64,000 nucleotides of DNA from Acidimicrobiales bacterium (GCA_035697515.1 DASSCS010000101.1:17540-81539), one strand, 5' to 3'. Numbered from the stretch's first letter, positions 54,428-64,000 are shown. The notes: generated from the sequence alone by a model not told the origin. Numbers and translations: made by a program.

Positions 54428-57031
54428 TCAGCCCATGCCCAGCGCGTGTCCCCGCTGCACGGCCTCCCCACGTGAGTTGACGCCGAGCTTGCGGTAGATG
54501 GCCTTGACGTGGGAGCGGACCGTGTTGACCGACACGTAGAGCTCACCCGCGATCTCCGTGCACGTGAGGCGGCTGGCGAGGTAGCGGAGCACGGTGGCCT
54601 CCCGGTCGCTCAGCAGCTCGAGCGGCACCTCGCCGGAGACCGGCGGGCGCGAAGGCACGATCCGGTGGGCGGCAGCGAGGAGGTCGGCGATGTAGTCGGC
54701 GAGCGGGCCGTGGGCGGGGAGCGATTCCAGGAGCTTCCACAGCGCCGGGCCCTCGGCCAGGAACGTGCGCCGGAAGCCGGCAGGCGCGGCGCGGGCCAGT
54801 GCCAGGCGCAGGGCCTCGTGCGCACGCGCCGGCGCGGTGCCGGCGGCGGCCAGCGCGCTGAGGACCCCGCCCTCGACCTCCGACCGCCTGGTCAGCCGGC
54901 GGCCGGCCATCGGACCGAGGATGTCGAGGGCGCCGGCGGGGTCGTCGAGCGCAAGCCGGACACGGGCCGCGAGCAGGGCCGACGAGTCGGAGGGCGGAAG
55001 CCTCGGCAACAGCGCCCCGGCCGCCCGGTGGTCACCTCGATCGAGCGCGAGGCGCAGGTCGACCTGGTCGATGCGCGCCAGCACCGGGTCGGTGGCGCGG
55101 GGAAGCACCGCCCGGGCCTGTTCGACGAGCCGGCCGGCCGCGCCTCCGTCGCCCCGGGCGTTCACGATCGTCGCGAGCTGGAGGTGGGCCAGCAGCTCGA
55201 GCAGGGGGCGACGCCCGTGCTCGACGGTGCGCATCACCTGCTCGACGTGGGCTTCAGCGTCACCGAGTCGGTCCCGCTCGGTCGCGACCATGGCGAGCGT
55301 CAGATGCGGCTCGGCCCGCCCGAAGTTCCGCGGGTGGAGGCCGAGCTCGTCGGCGGCGTCGAGGGCTGCGCCAGCCAGCCGTTCGGCGTCGGTCAGCTCG
55401 CCGCGCAGGGCCGCGACCTGGGACGCGTACGCCGGTAGCCGCACCTCGGAGAGCACCGGCGGATGGACCCCGGCCCGCACGGCCTCGATGGCGGCGTCCA
55501 CGCCGTCGAGGTTGTCGAGCCACAGCTGCGACTGGATCGCCATGTTGGGGAGCGCCTCGACCCAGGCGCCGTGCGCAGGGCCCTCCTCCAGGACGGCCTC
55601 GGCGCGGCGGGCGTGGTCCGCCGCAGCGCGGGGGTCGCCGTGCTGGAGTCGGTCGAAGCTCCGTGCGCCGTGGAGGAGCAGCCGGGTGTCCCGGTCGAGC
55701 TCGTCCTCGCGGGCCTCGACCTGGCGCAGCCACGGCTCGGCGACGTCGCCGTGCCCGGTCGCATTGAGCACGATCGTGCACGCGAGCACCGCCCGGGGCG
55801 CGGCCTCGAGCTGGGCGGCGCCGCGCTCCCTGATCCAGGCGCGGGCCGTGGCGCCGCCGGTCAGCTGGTCCTCGAGCGAGAAGGTCTCCTGCACGTACGA
55901 CTCGAGCCGGGCCACGGCCGCATCGACGTCGCCCGCTCTCATGCTGTGGTGGACGGCCTTCATCAGTTCGCCGCGACGTCCGTACGCCTCGGCGGCGGCA
56001 CGGTGGATCTCCGGGACCCGCTCGGGGTCAACGGCCCGCAGCCTGGCCTGGAGGTACTGCCCGAACAGATGGTGATATCGGTGCCAGCCGCCGACGCGGT
56101 CGAGCGACACCAGGAAGAGGTTGGCTGCGTCGACGCGCTGCAGCAGTTCGGCGCTGCCATGCCGGTCCCGCACGGCGTCGCACAGCGCGGCGTCGAACGT
56201 CTCGAGCTCGGCCGTGACGGTCAGGAACTCGACGATCTCCGGCGGCTGGAGCTCGATGACCTCGTTGACGAGGAAGTCGACCAGGACGCGATCGGTCTCG
56301 GCCAGGCCACGGAGCAGCCCGGCCGGGTTCTGGTTGGCCCGGAGCCACAGGCCCGCCAGGTGCATCCCGGCGGTCCAGCCTTCGGTGACCGATGTGATCT
56401 GTTCGAGCTCGGGGTCGGTGACCTCGACACCCAGCCCCGCGAGGAGCGCCCTGGCTTCGGCGGTGGTGAACCGCAGGTCGGCCTGCCGCAGCTCGAGCAG
56501 CCTGCCCTGCAGCCGCAGCCTGCCGACCGGGAACGCGGGGTCGCTGCGACTGCCGAGCACGAGGCGCACCCGCGGCGGGAGCGCATCGACGAAGGCCTTC
56601 ATGGCCGCGGGCCCCGGCTCGGCCAGGTGGAAGTCGTCGACGACGATGACACCGGGCTGGCCGAGCCTGCCCAGCTCGTTCGCCAGGCCGACGGCGTGCT
56701 GGTCGTGGTCGTCGCCCTCGACGAGCTCCGCGGCTGCCAGCTCGAGCTCGGTCCACGTCAGCCCGACGCTCCTCACCAGGTCGTTCCAGAAGCAGCCGGC
56801 GTCTGCGTCGGTGCCGTCACAGGACATCCACGCCAACCGCCCGCCCAGCCCGTCGACCCACTGGGTCAGCAGAGACGTCTTGCCCGACCCCGGCGCCCCG
56901 ACGACGAGCGTGAGCGGACGATCGGTCGCGGCATCGAGTCGCGCCAACAGATCGTCGCGGCGGATCGTGGCATTGGGAACCTGGGGAACGCTGAACTTCG
57001 TCCGCGCAGAGACAGCGTGCCCGCTGTGCAC
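54428..57031 (-). CDS. LAL-type (large ATP-binding LuxR/MalT family) transcriptional regulator
   Basis: GAPGSGKTS Walker A, a long helical-repeat middle region, and the C-terminal LuxR HTH TEIAGELYVSVNTVRSHVKAIYRKLG. GTG start. Confidence 0.9.
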   Translation of the reverse strand: MHSGHAVSARTKFSVPQVPNATIRRDDLLARLDAATDRPLTLVVGAPGSGKTSLLTQWVDGLGGRLAWMSCDGTDADAGCFWNDLVRSVGLTWTELELAAAELVEGDDHDQHAVGLANELGRLGQPGVIVVDDFHLAEPGPAAMKAFVDALPPRVRLVLGSRSDPAFPVGRLRLQGRLLELRQADLRFTTAEARALLAGLGVEVTDPELEQITSVTEGWTAGMHLAGLWLRANQNPAGLLRGLAETDRVLVDFLVNEVIELQPPEIVEFLTVTAELETFDAALCDAVRDRHGSAELLQRVDAANLFLVSLDRVGGWHRYHHLFGQYLQARLRAVDPERVPEIHRAAAEAYGRRGELMKAVHHSMRAGDVDAAVARLESYVQETFSLEDQLTGGATARAWIRERGAAQLEAAPRAVLACTIVLNATGHGDVAEPWLRQVEAREDELDRDTRLLLHGARSFDRLQHGDPRAAADHARRAEAVLEEGPAHGAWVEALPNMAIQSQLWLDNLDGVDAAIEAVRAGVHPPVLSEVRLPAYASQVAALRGELTDAERLAGAALDAADELGLHPRNFGRAEPHLTLAMVATERDRLGDAEAHVEQVMRTVEHGRRPLLELLAHLQLATIVNARGDGGAAGRLVEQARAVLPRATDPVLARIDQVDLRLALDRGDHRAAGALLPRLPPSDSSALLAARVRLALDDPAGALDILGPMAGRRLTRRSEVEGGVLSALAAAGTAPARAHEALRLALARAAPAGFRRTFLAEGPALWKLLESLPAHGPLADYIADLLAAAHRIVPSRPPVSGEVPLELLSDREATVLRYLASRLTCTEIAGELYVSVNTVRSHVKAIYRKLGVNSRGEAVQRGHALGMG

Positions 57032-57232
57032 CGCTCGCGACCTGACGCGACGCTGAGATGCGGAGATGACACAGAGCGTAGCCGGGAGCCCGCCGGACAG
57101 CCATGGATCCGGCTCCCTGCCGTCCCGACGGAAGCCGCCACGCTGGTGCGTTCACCTACCGGTGGGTGGTGCCCGCTCACCCGGGCTGGGGTCACGGTCG
57201 GTGGTGGTGGTGGTCGATGATTCGAGGGAGCG

Positions 57233-57472
57233 ATGGCTGAGCTGATCTACGAACTGTCGTTCAAGGGTGCCGCCAGCGACACCCTGGCCGCCGCGTTCGA
57301 GGGTTGCGACGTCGCCACCGAGCGCGGGGTCACGATCGTCCGCAGTCGCGTCCCGGATCAGGCTGCGCTCCAGGGTCTCATCGCCCGGATCAACGCCCTG
57401 GGCCTGGAGCTGCTCGACGTCCACCTCGTCGCAGAGGGCGGCAGCGATGCCTCGTGGGCGGGCGACGGCTGA
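57233..57472 (+). CDS. small conserved hypothetical protein (79 aa)
   Basis: MAELIYELSFKGAASDTLAAAFEGCDV...PDQAALQGLIARINALGLELLDVHLV. This resembles a small protein type that, as I recall, is common in actinobacteria. GAGGGAG lies upstream. Confidence 0.6.
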   Translation: MAELIYELSFKGAASDTLAAAFEGCDVATERGVTIVRSRVPDQAALQGLIARINALGLELLDVHLVAEGGSDASWAGDG

Positions 57473-57646
57473 TCACCACGCCTCCGTCGCCCGGCCGCCA
57501 GCCGCATCTCACCCAGGGTTGGGGGGTGACCGCTCACCCGCGTGCTGGCGATGGTGAGGGCCACTCCCGGACGAAAGTCGTCGGGACCCCGGTGCCGGTC
57601 GTCCGGCGCCAGCACGGAACTCTCCGCATCGAACAGGAGCAGGACC

Positions 57647-58081
57647 ATGGAAAGCGAGACCTATCGAGAACCGACCCGTACGGGCGAGACGTACGACGAG
57701 CCGACAGGCTGGGTCGGCTGGATCTTCTTCGCGGCGGTGCTGATGATCCTCGCGGGCATCATGAACGCCATCCACGGCTTCATCGCCCTGGTCAACGACG
57801 AGTGGGTCGTGTGGAGCAACCGCGGCGACCTCTACCTCGACCTGACGACGTGGGGCTGGCTGCACCTCATCGTCGGCATCGTGGTCTTCCTGGCGGGCAT
57901 CGGCCTGCTCAGCGGCAACGTCCTGGCGCGAGCCATCGCCGTCATCGTGGCCAGCGTCGGCATCATCGCCAACTTCCTGTTCATCCCCGCCTTCCCGGTG
58001 TGGGCCCTCACCGTCATCACGATCAACGTCTTCGTGATCTACGCCCTCACCGCACACGGCAGGGAGCTGCGCCGCGTTTGA
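57647..58081 (+). CDS. small integral membrane protein (4 TM)
   Basis: GWVGWIFFAAVLMILAGIMNAIHGFIAL...WGWLHLIVGIVVFLAGIGLL. CAGGAGCAGG lies upstream. Confidence 0.7.
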   Translation: MESETYREPTRTGETYDEPTGWVGWIFFAAVLMILAGIMNAIHGFIALVNDEWVVWSNRGDLYLDLTTWGWLHLIVGIVVFLAGIGLLSGNVLARAIAVIVASVGIIANFLFIPAFPVWALTVITINVFVIYALTAHGRELRRV

Positions 58082-58270
58082 CCCGACCGGGAGCCCTTCC
58101 CAACTGACGCCTCGGGCACCGGAGGTCGGAGCACCCGTCGCTCGGATCACTCCCTTCGGGTGATGCCCGGGGCGGCGGCGGCCGACCAGGGTCAGCCCTG
58201 GTGAGCGCGTCGCACGCGCCCCTGGTCGAGGTCCAACCGCGGACACCGCCGGCGACATCGGAGAGCCTCC

Positions 58271-59944
58271 ATGACGAGCGCAGACCAGCTGTCCGACCAC
58301 GGGGGCCAACCGATTCGGCTGGGCGGCGCGGCCACGATGGCCGCGGGCGGCGTGCTGCTCACGCTCGCGTCCGGGCAGTTCCTCATGGCGCTCGACAGCT
58401 CGGTGATGAACGTGTCCATCGCCAGCGTGGCCGAGGACGTCGGCACGACCGTCACCGGCATCCAGGGAGCCATCACGCTCTACACGCTGGTCATGGCCGC
58501 GTTCATGATCACCGGGGGCAAGATCGGCACGACCATCGGCCGGCGGCGGGCGTTCTCGATCGGGTGCGCGGTCTACGGTGCCGGCTCCCTGACCACGTCG
58601 CTCGCCCCCAACCTGGCCGTGCTCCTGTTCGGGTGGTCGATCCTCGAGGGCCTCGGCGCAGCCCTGATCATGCCGGCCATCGTCGGGCTGGTGGCGTCGA
58701 ACTTCCCCGCCGAGGGTCGTCCTCGGGCCTACGGGCTGGTGGCCTCGGCGGGGGCGATCGCCGTCGCCGCGGGCCCGCTCATCGGCGGGCTCGTCACCAC
58801 GTACGCCTCGTGGCGGTGGGTGTTCGCCGGCGAGGTGCTCGTGGTCCTGGCGATCCTCGTCTTCGCCCGCAGGCTGGAGGAGGAGCGCCTGGGCGACGAG
58901 CGGGCACGCCTCGACCTCGTCGGCACCGCCCTCTCCGCGCTCGGGCTCGGCCTCATCGTGTTCGGCGTCCTGCGGTCGAGCGAGTGGGGCTGGATCGCGC
59001 CCAAGGCGGGCGCCGAGGAGTGGTTGGGCCTGTCGCCCGTGATCTGGCTGATCCTCGGCGGCCTCGCGGTGCTGTACGGGTTCTCGCGCTGGGAGCTGGG
59101 CGTGGTGCGGCGCGGCGGCGAGCCGCTGGTGCGGCCCGGGATGCTCAGGAACGCGCAGCTCCGGGGCGGCATCACGATGTTCTTCTTCCAGTACTTCGTG
59201 CAGGGCGGCGTGTTCTTCGTCGTTCCGCTGTACCTCTCGATCGTGGTCGGGCTGTCGGCCGCCGGCACAGGCGTCCGCCTCCTGCCGCTGTCGCTCACGC
59301 TGCTGCTCGCAGCCGTCGCGATCCCCAGGTTCTGGCCTCACGCGTCGCCTCGCCGTGTGGTCAGGGGCGCGCTGCTGGCGCTGCTCGCGGGGGTCGTCAT
59401 ACTCGTCGCCGCGCTGGAGCTGGGGGCCGGAGCCGAGATCACCACCGGCCCGCTGCTGCTCGTCGGCCTCGGTATCGGCGCCCTCGCGTCCCAGCTGGGC
59501 AGCGTCACGGTCTCGTCGGTCCCGGAGGAGGAGAGCGGCGAGGTGGGCGGACTGCAGAACACAGGCTCGTTCCTGGGCACGTCGGTGGGCACCGCCCTGG
59601 TCGGATCGGTGCTCATCGGCACCCTGACCTCGTCGTTCCTGCAGCTCATCGAAGACGACCCCGCGGTCCCCGCGGAGCTGAGCGCCGAGGCCGCCGTCGA
59701 TCTCGCGGGCGGGGCCCCGTTCGTCGCCGACGACGACCTCGAGGCGTCGCTGGAGGCCGCCGGCGTCGACGAGGAGGTCGTGCCCGCCATCGTCGACGAC
59801 AACGCCGAAGCCAGGATCGTCGCCCTGCGCGTCAGCCTGTCGATCGTCGCCCTGGTCACGCTCCTCGCCCTGTTCTTCACGCCGGGGATTCCGGCGACGC
59901 AGCCCGGCGACGAGCGCGCGGCCGCCGGCGGCGACCGGCCCTGA
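58271..59944 (+). CDS. MFS transporter, DHA2 (EmrB/QacA, 14-TM) type
   Basis: 557 aa. LDSSVMNVSIASV, GKIGTTIGRRRAF, WRWVF. Confidence 0.85.
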   Translation: MTSADQLSDHGGQPIRLGGAATMAAGGVLLTLASGQFLMALDSSVMNVSIASVAEDVGTTVTGIQGAITLYTLVMAAFMITGGKIGTTIGRRRAFSIGCAVYGAGSLTTSLAPNLAVLLFGWSILEGLGAALIMPAIVGLVASNFPAEGRPRAYGLVASAGAIAVAAGPLIGGLVTTYASWRWVFAGEVLVVLAILVFARRLEEERLGDERARLDLVGTALSALGLGLIVFGVLRSSEWGWIAPKAGAEEWLGLSPVIWLILGGLAVLYGFSRWELGVVRRGGEPLVRPGMLRNAQLRGGITMFFFQYFVQGGVFFVVPLYLSIVVGLSAAGTGVRLLPLSLTLLLAAVAIPRFWPHASPRRVVRGALLALLAGVVILVAALELGAGAEITTGPLLLVGLGIGALASQLGSVTVSSVPEEESGEVGGLQNTGSFLGTSVGTALVGSVLIGTLTSSFLQLIEDDPAVPAELSAEAAVDLAGGAPFVADDDLEASLEAAGVDEEVVPAIVDDNAEARIVALRVSLSIVALVTLLALFFTPGIPATQPGDERAAAGGDRP

Positions 59945-60037
59945 GCGGCGGAGGATCGTCGGCGGACCGGCGCGCCTGCGCCCCTGGCGTCACGCCAAGG
60001 TCACCGCGACGAGACCTGACGTCTCACACCGGGACGC

Positions 60038-60328
60038 TCACGACCCGAGCAGCCTGGCCTTCTCGGCCGCGAACTCGGCCTCGGTCAGGACGCCCTGCGC
60101 CTTCAGCTCGCCGAGCTCCCTCAACGCCGTGATCCGGTCGGTCTCCGGCGCTGCAGCGGCGGGAGCGGGTGCCGGTGCGGGGGGCGGGGCGTAGGCCTGC
60201 GCCTCGTACCGCTGCTGCTCCTGAGCCGCCCACCGGTTGCCCTGGCGCCGCGACACGCGGTTCGACACCGCGGTCGCGGTGCCGGCCACGACTGCGGTGC
60301 GGGCGACTCCTCGGATGAGTCCTGGCAT
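60038..60328 (-). CDS. SHOCT domain protein
   Basis: C-terminal ITALRELGELKAQGVLTEAEFAAEKARLLG after a Pro/Ala-rich linker. Confidence 0.75.
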   Translation of the reverse strand: MPGLIRGVARTAVVAGTATAVSNRVSRRQGNRWAAQEQQRYEAQAYAPPPAPAPAPAAAAPETDRITALRELGELKAQGVLTEAEFAAEKARLLGS

Positions 60329-60349
60329 GGGACCGTCCTCCTCTGGGGC

Positions 60350-60799
60350 TCAGGTCTCGGGCTCGAGCGTGTCGAGCGTGGCGAGGAGGGCCTGCACCGG
60401 TATCCGGCCGCTGGCCACGAGTTGGGCGCCGTTGCGGCGTAGGGCCCTGGCGAACGGTGCCGCCCAGGTGTTCTCGTACACGAGGACCGCGGCCGAGCAC
60501 CCCGGCTCGAGCACCGCGCCCGCCTCTTCGAGGTCGGCGCCGTCGACGAGTCCGGACGACGCCTCGGCGAACAAGGTGACGTCGAGCTCACCTTGGAGCC
60601 CGACGTCCGCGATGTCGACCCCGACCACCGAGCCGTCGGGGTCCTTCCTGATGAAGGCGAGGTCGAGCACGCGGATGATGCCCCGCGCCGTCAGGTCGTG
60701 GAGGAGGGGCAGGGCGGATCCGTCGGGCTGCCGGTCGGCCGGGAACTCGACGACGAGGTAGTCGACGGGACCGAGCTCGTCGAGATCGATGTCGCTCAT
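60350..60799 (-). CDS. DUF6325-like protein (family name from memory)
   Basis: ATG preceded by AAGGAGGCGTCAG. GPVDYLVVEFP...IRVLDLAFIRKD...LVYENTWAAPFARALRRNGAQLVASGRIP. Confidence 0.65.
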   Translation of the reverse strand: MSDIDLDELGPVDYLVVEFPADRQPDGSALPLLHDLTARGIIRVLDLAFIRKDPDGSVVGVDIADVGLQGELDVTLFAEASSGLVDGADLEEAGAVLEPGCSAAVLVYENTWAAPFARALRRNGAQLVASGRIPVQALLATLDTLEPET

Positions 60800-60940
60800 C
60801 TGACGCCTCCTTGTGCGCACGGCGATCGTGACCCGCAGCCAGGCCCGACGCATCGCCCGATCGGGGTGATCGGACCTCCCGCTCGCTCACGGGTCGCACA
60901 CCCGATGCCGCCCCGCTCGCCAGCAGCCGCTCGCGCACCG

Positions 60941-61105
60941 ACCGGGGCCATCGTCGCGGCGCCGACGGCCGGCTTGCCCGAGCAGGTGGGGGGCGAGCGC
61001 AGCAACCTCCCGCAGGCGTTCACCCACCTCTCGCTCATCAACGCGGCGATCAACCTCGACCACCAGCTCGACCACGGCGCCGGGCGCGTCGCCGTCATCT
61101 CCTGA
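60941..61105 (+). pseudogene. collapsed remnant of a glycoside hydrolase family 15 gene
   Basis: TGAIVAAPTAGLPEQVGGER (a GH15 catalytic-domain entry motif) is joined directly to NLPQAFTHLSLINAAINLD (the GH15 C-terminal motif) and the stop. Confidence 0.5.
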
Positions 61106-61145
61106 CCCGGCCCGGTGGCCCGCCGAGGGTCAGCGTGGTTCGCGT

Positions 61146-62534
61146 TCACGCCCTGCCCGGGGCCGGCTCCACGGTCGGTGGTGGCTCCGTCGTGGGCGGC
61201 GGGCCCGACCGCGCCCCGATGCGGTAGACGGCCAGCTCGAACGCCCCGACCAGCGCCAGCACTACGAGCAGTCCCAGCCACGACAGGTCGGCGAACCACA
61301 GGATCGCCAGCCCGACGACCGCGCCGGCCGCGAGGAGCGCGTCGCGGTGGTCGCCGATCCACGCCACCGTCGCCTCGTCACGGGCGCGTTCGCCGGTGGT
61401 GGTGACCACGAGCGCCCACAGCCCGCCGACGCGCCGCCGCAGCGAGACGGCCCACGGGTAGTCGGCGGTGAGCACGGCCACGGCGGCGACCACGAGGGCG
61501 CCGGCGATCACCCAGGCGCCGAAGGTGGTCAGAGGGTTGAGGAAGGCATTGGCGGCCAGCTCGGCGGACTCCTGGCCCTGCCGCCGGGGAGGCAGTGCCG
61601 CCAGCTCGTCCTGGAGCCGGAAGCCGACCCGCCGGATGAGGACCATCCCCAAGACGAGACCGGCGGCGAGCTGCAGCAGCGTGCGGCGCCGGCGGTGCGA
61701 GAGCCACAGGGCCAGCGCGGCGATCAGGACGCCCAGGAACAGGAGCACCACGACGAGTCGGTCGAACAGGCTGATCGCGTCCTGGGCCGCCGTCAGCGTG
61801 CCGTCGTCGTAGACCGTGAACTGGCCGAAGTCGTCGTCGAGGTCAACGCCCAGGGCGTTCTCGATACGGGAGATCGCGGCCTCGGGGATCTCGTCGACGC
61901 TGACGTCGGGCAGGTTCACCTCACGGCCGAGGATCTCGGGGGACTGGGCGGTGATTCGAGCCAACACGGCGTTGATCACCGGCAGCAGGTTCAGCGTGAC
62001 CTGCCCGTCGGAGGTCGTCACGGCCTCACTCTCGTCGCGGAGCACCCGGACCGCCGTGCCGTGCGCGACCTCGAGCGCGCCGACCCAGAGCCGCTCGAAG
62101 GCGTCCGACGCGATGAACGTGTCCACCTGGTCGCCGACGAACCCCTCGACCGCGTTGGCCAGGGGGACGGCGAGGATCTGGCCCCGCTCGGGCAGCGCAT
62201 CCTCGAACAGCGCCTCGGGGTCGATCAGAGTCATCAGCTGCTCGGTCAGGCGCACCGACAGCGCCCCCTGCACGGCCGGCTCCTCGATCAGCGGTCCCGC
62301 CCGGTCGACGAAGCGCCCGGTGTCGAGGAAGTTCCGGCGGGCCCACACCCCGACCACGGCAGCCACGAGGACGACGCACGAGAGGGCCACGAGCAGGGCC
62401 GCCGTCGTCTGCCGCCACCACCCGGCCCGCCGCGCGTGCCCGCGCAGGCTCTCGATCTCGCTACGGAGCGAGTCGCGCTCCGCACGGAGACGTGCGATCT
62501 CGTCTGTGGCTTCGGGGTCGGGCTGCGTCGTCAC
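61146..62534 (-). CDS. integral membrane protein, function unknown
   Basis: 462 aa. N-terminal coiled segment, one TM, a large soluble domain, then 4-5 TM helices. Confidence 0.65.
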   Translation of the reverse strand: MTTQPDPEATDEIARLRAERDSLRSEIESLRGHARRAGWWRQTTAALLVALSCVVLVAAVVGVWARRNFLDTGRFVDRAGPLIEEPAVQGALSVRLTEQLMTLIDPEALFEDALPERGQILAVPLANAVEGFVGDQVDTFIASDAFERLWVGALEVAHGTAVRVLRDESEAVTTSDGQVTLNLLPVINAVLARITAQSPEILGREVNLPDVSVDEIPEAAISRIENALGVDLDDDFGQFTVYDDGTLTAAQDAISLFDRLVVVLLFLGVLIAALALWLSHRRRRTLLQLAAGLVLGMVLIRRVGFRLQDELAALPPRRQGQESAELAANAFLNPLTTFGAWVIAGALVVAAVAVLTADYPWAVSLRRRVGGLWALVVTTTGERARDEATVAWIGDHRDALLAAGAVVGLAILWFADLSWLGLLVVLALVGAFELAVYRIGARSGPPPTTEPPPTVEPAPGRA

Positions 62535-62821
62535 GGGTGCCGCTCCGGTTGCACCGCCGCCGGACGACCGAGCGGTGCGGACCAGGTCGCAGCGGCGTCA
62601 TTTGTGGATCTCCGACCTCCTCACGGAGGCCCGCTCGCCCTCCACAGTGCAGCTTTGCGGTGGGCGCGGCTTCACCCCGTGCGGATGATCTCTTCCCGGC
62701 CGTGACCACCCGGCGTGTCGACGTTCGATGACGCAGGTGTGGGACGGCCGCTCGCCGCTACCGCGGGGTCAAGGTCCTCATCGGCTCTGACGAGACGCCC
62801 CTCGCCGGGTGATCGTCCCTG

Positions 62822-63202
62822 CTAGTGCTCCGCCGCCTCGGCCGCGTCGGCGTCCGCCTTGGTCTGGTGGACCGTGCCGGGCGCGTGATGGGGCGGCGCG
62901 TAGATCGTGTAGAGCCGCAGCGGCTCGTCGCCGGTGTTGCGGAAGTTGTGCCTCGTGCCCGCGGGCACGAACGCCAGGCTGCCGACACCGACGCCCGACG
63001 TCTCGCCGGCCAGCATCGCCTCGCCCTCGCCGGACACGAACACGAGCGTCTGGTCGTTGTCCGCGTGCACCTCCTCGCCGATCTCTCCTCCCGGCGGGAT
63101 GGTCATCAGCACGACCTGGCTGTGCTCGCCGGTCACGACCTCGCGCCGGAAGGCGTCGTTCTCCCGGGCGCGCGCAGCGATGTCAGCGTTCAACGGGTGC
63201 AT
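62822..63202 (-). CDS. cupin domain protein
   Basis: ATG preceded by GAGGAGGACC. GGEIGEEVHADNDQTLVFVSGEG...FVPAGTRHNFRN. Confidence 0.8.
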   Translation of the reverse strand: MHPLNADIAARARENDAFRREVVTGEHSQVVLMTIPPGGEIGEEVHADNDQTLVFVSGEGEAMLAGETSGVGVGSLAFVPAGTRHNFRNTGDEPLRLYTIYAPPHHAPGTVHQTKADADAAEAAEH

Positions 63203-63345
63203 GGTCCTCCTCAGGGTCGACAACACCACTACCAGTGTCGACGCACGCCGGCTAGTGCCGAAGGTCCTCGCGCCCCCGGCCGGGGCTGCCGGTCGACCGG
63301 TCATCCGCCTTTGGCGCACGCTGTCGTTCCGCGACGCGCACTACG

Positions 63346-63759
63346 TTGGCGGGGATGGTGTCGGTCGACGACGTCGCTCGGCTCGCCCTGGAGCTACCCG
63401 AGGTCACCGAGGGCGAGCGCCACGGCAACCGCACGTGGTCGGTTGCCGGCAAGGGCTTCGCCTGGGAGAGGCGGTTCAGCAAGGCCGACATCCGGCGCTT
63501 CGGCGATGCCACCCCGCCGGAGGGACCGATCCTCGCGGTGCGGGTCGAGGACCTGAGCGAGAAGGAGGCGGTGCTCGCCGCGCAACCCACGGCCTTCTTC
63601 ACGATTCCGCACTTCGACGGCTACTCGGCCGTGTTGATCCAGCTGCAGGCGGTCACGAGGCGGGCGCTGCGGGAAGCGCTCGTCGACGGTTGGTTGGCGT
63701 GCGCGCCGCGCACGCTCGCCGACGAGTACATCACGCAGGAATCGGGCCGTCGTGAGTGA
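63346..63759 (+). CDS. MmcQ/YjbR family protein
   Basis: VDDVARLALELPEVTEG...WSVAGKGFAW...FFTIPHFDGY. Confidence 0.7.
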   Translation: MAGMVSVDDVARLALELPEVTEGERHGNRTWSVAGKGFAWERRFSKADIRRFGDATPPEGPILAVRVEDLSEKEAVLAAQPTAFFTIPHFDGYSAVLIQLQAVTRRALREALVDGWLACAPRTLADEYITQESGRRE

Positions 63760-63872
63760 TCCGGCGCTTCGGCCACCCGTCGAGCGGCCACGGGCCCTCG
63801 CCCGGTGTGGCGGTCTGGCGACGCTCCTAGCCGAGGCTCCATGGCCTGTCGCGCGCTGGACGCGGCCCATGC

Positions 63873-64000
63873 TCACATCGGCGCGTCGAAGAGGTAGCGC
63901 AGGGACCGTGAGAGGTTGAGGAGCGGGACGGTCACGTGGAACTCACCAGGCAGGACCACCTGGTCGAGCTCCAGGCTCGGGTAGTGCCGGCTGCGGAGTG
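63873..64000 (-). CDS. 3' end of an unidentified gene entering from the right edge
   Basis: Hand translation ...LRSRHYPSLELDQVVLPGEFHVTVPLLNLSRSLRYLFDAPM followed by TGA (63873-63875). It is too short to classify. Confidence 0.3.
   Translation of the reverse strand, partial: LRSRHYPSLELDQVVLPGEFHVTVPLLNLSRSLRYLFDAPM

Noticed and set aside
57200-57214. (GGT)5 tract as a phase-variation switch
   Set aside because: Five units is short, the tract is intergenic, and nothing suggests length polymorphism from a single sequence.

Overview
High-GC (about 70% by eye) actinobacterial-type chromosomal segment, densely coding on both strands with roughly 60 genes. I recognised no rRNA, tRNA, CRISPR array, transposase or integrase. 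Most genes belong to a lipid/steroid-like CoA-thioester catabolic neighbourhood: four acyl-CoA dehydrogenases (one partial at the left edge), two enoyl-CoA hydratases, a MaoC hydratase, six SDRs, three luciferase-like oxidoreductases, two AMP-ligases, a CoA-transferase, three amidohydrolases, a thioesterase, and a Rieske oxygenase with a distant KshB-like reductase. These are interleaved with five TetR genes, a LAL/LuxR regulator, three ABC systems and an MFS pump. The main finding is a non-palindromic 18-bp box, GTCTAACATCTCGGTCAC (core TCTAAC-N5-GGTCA), present six times between 32.3 and 48.8 kb. Four copies sit at near-fixed distances upstream of catabolic start codons. The copies surround a 454-aa TetR protein with two complete TetR modules in one chain, which could plausibly read an asymmetric operator. 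Other notable items are a DUF35/thiolase-like fusion that seems to lack both thiolase cysteines, a LivH-LivM-LivG triple fusion, and a translationally coupled ACAD/APH-kinase pair that resembles a split ACAD10/11. There is also an orphan, frame-split CvnA-like sensor kinase, a nested 18-bp inverted-repeat element, a divergent L28 paralogue and at least six gene remnants. All calls come from reading the ORF track and the sequence by eye. No searches were run, so family names are recollections and need HMM/BLAST confirmation.
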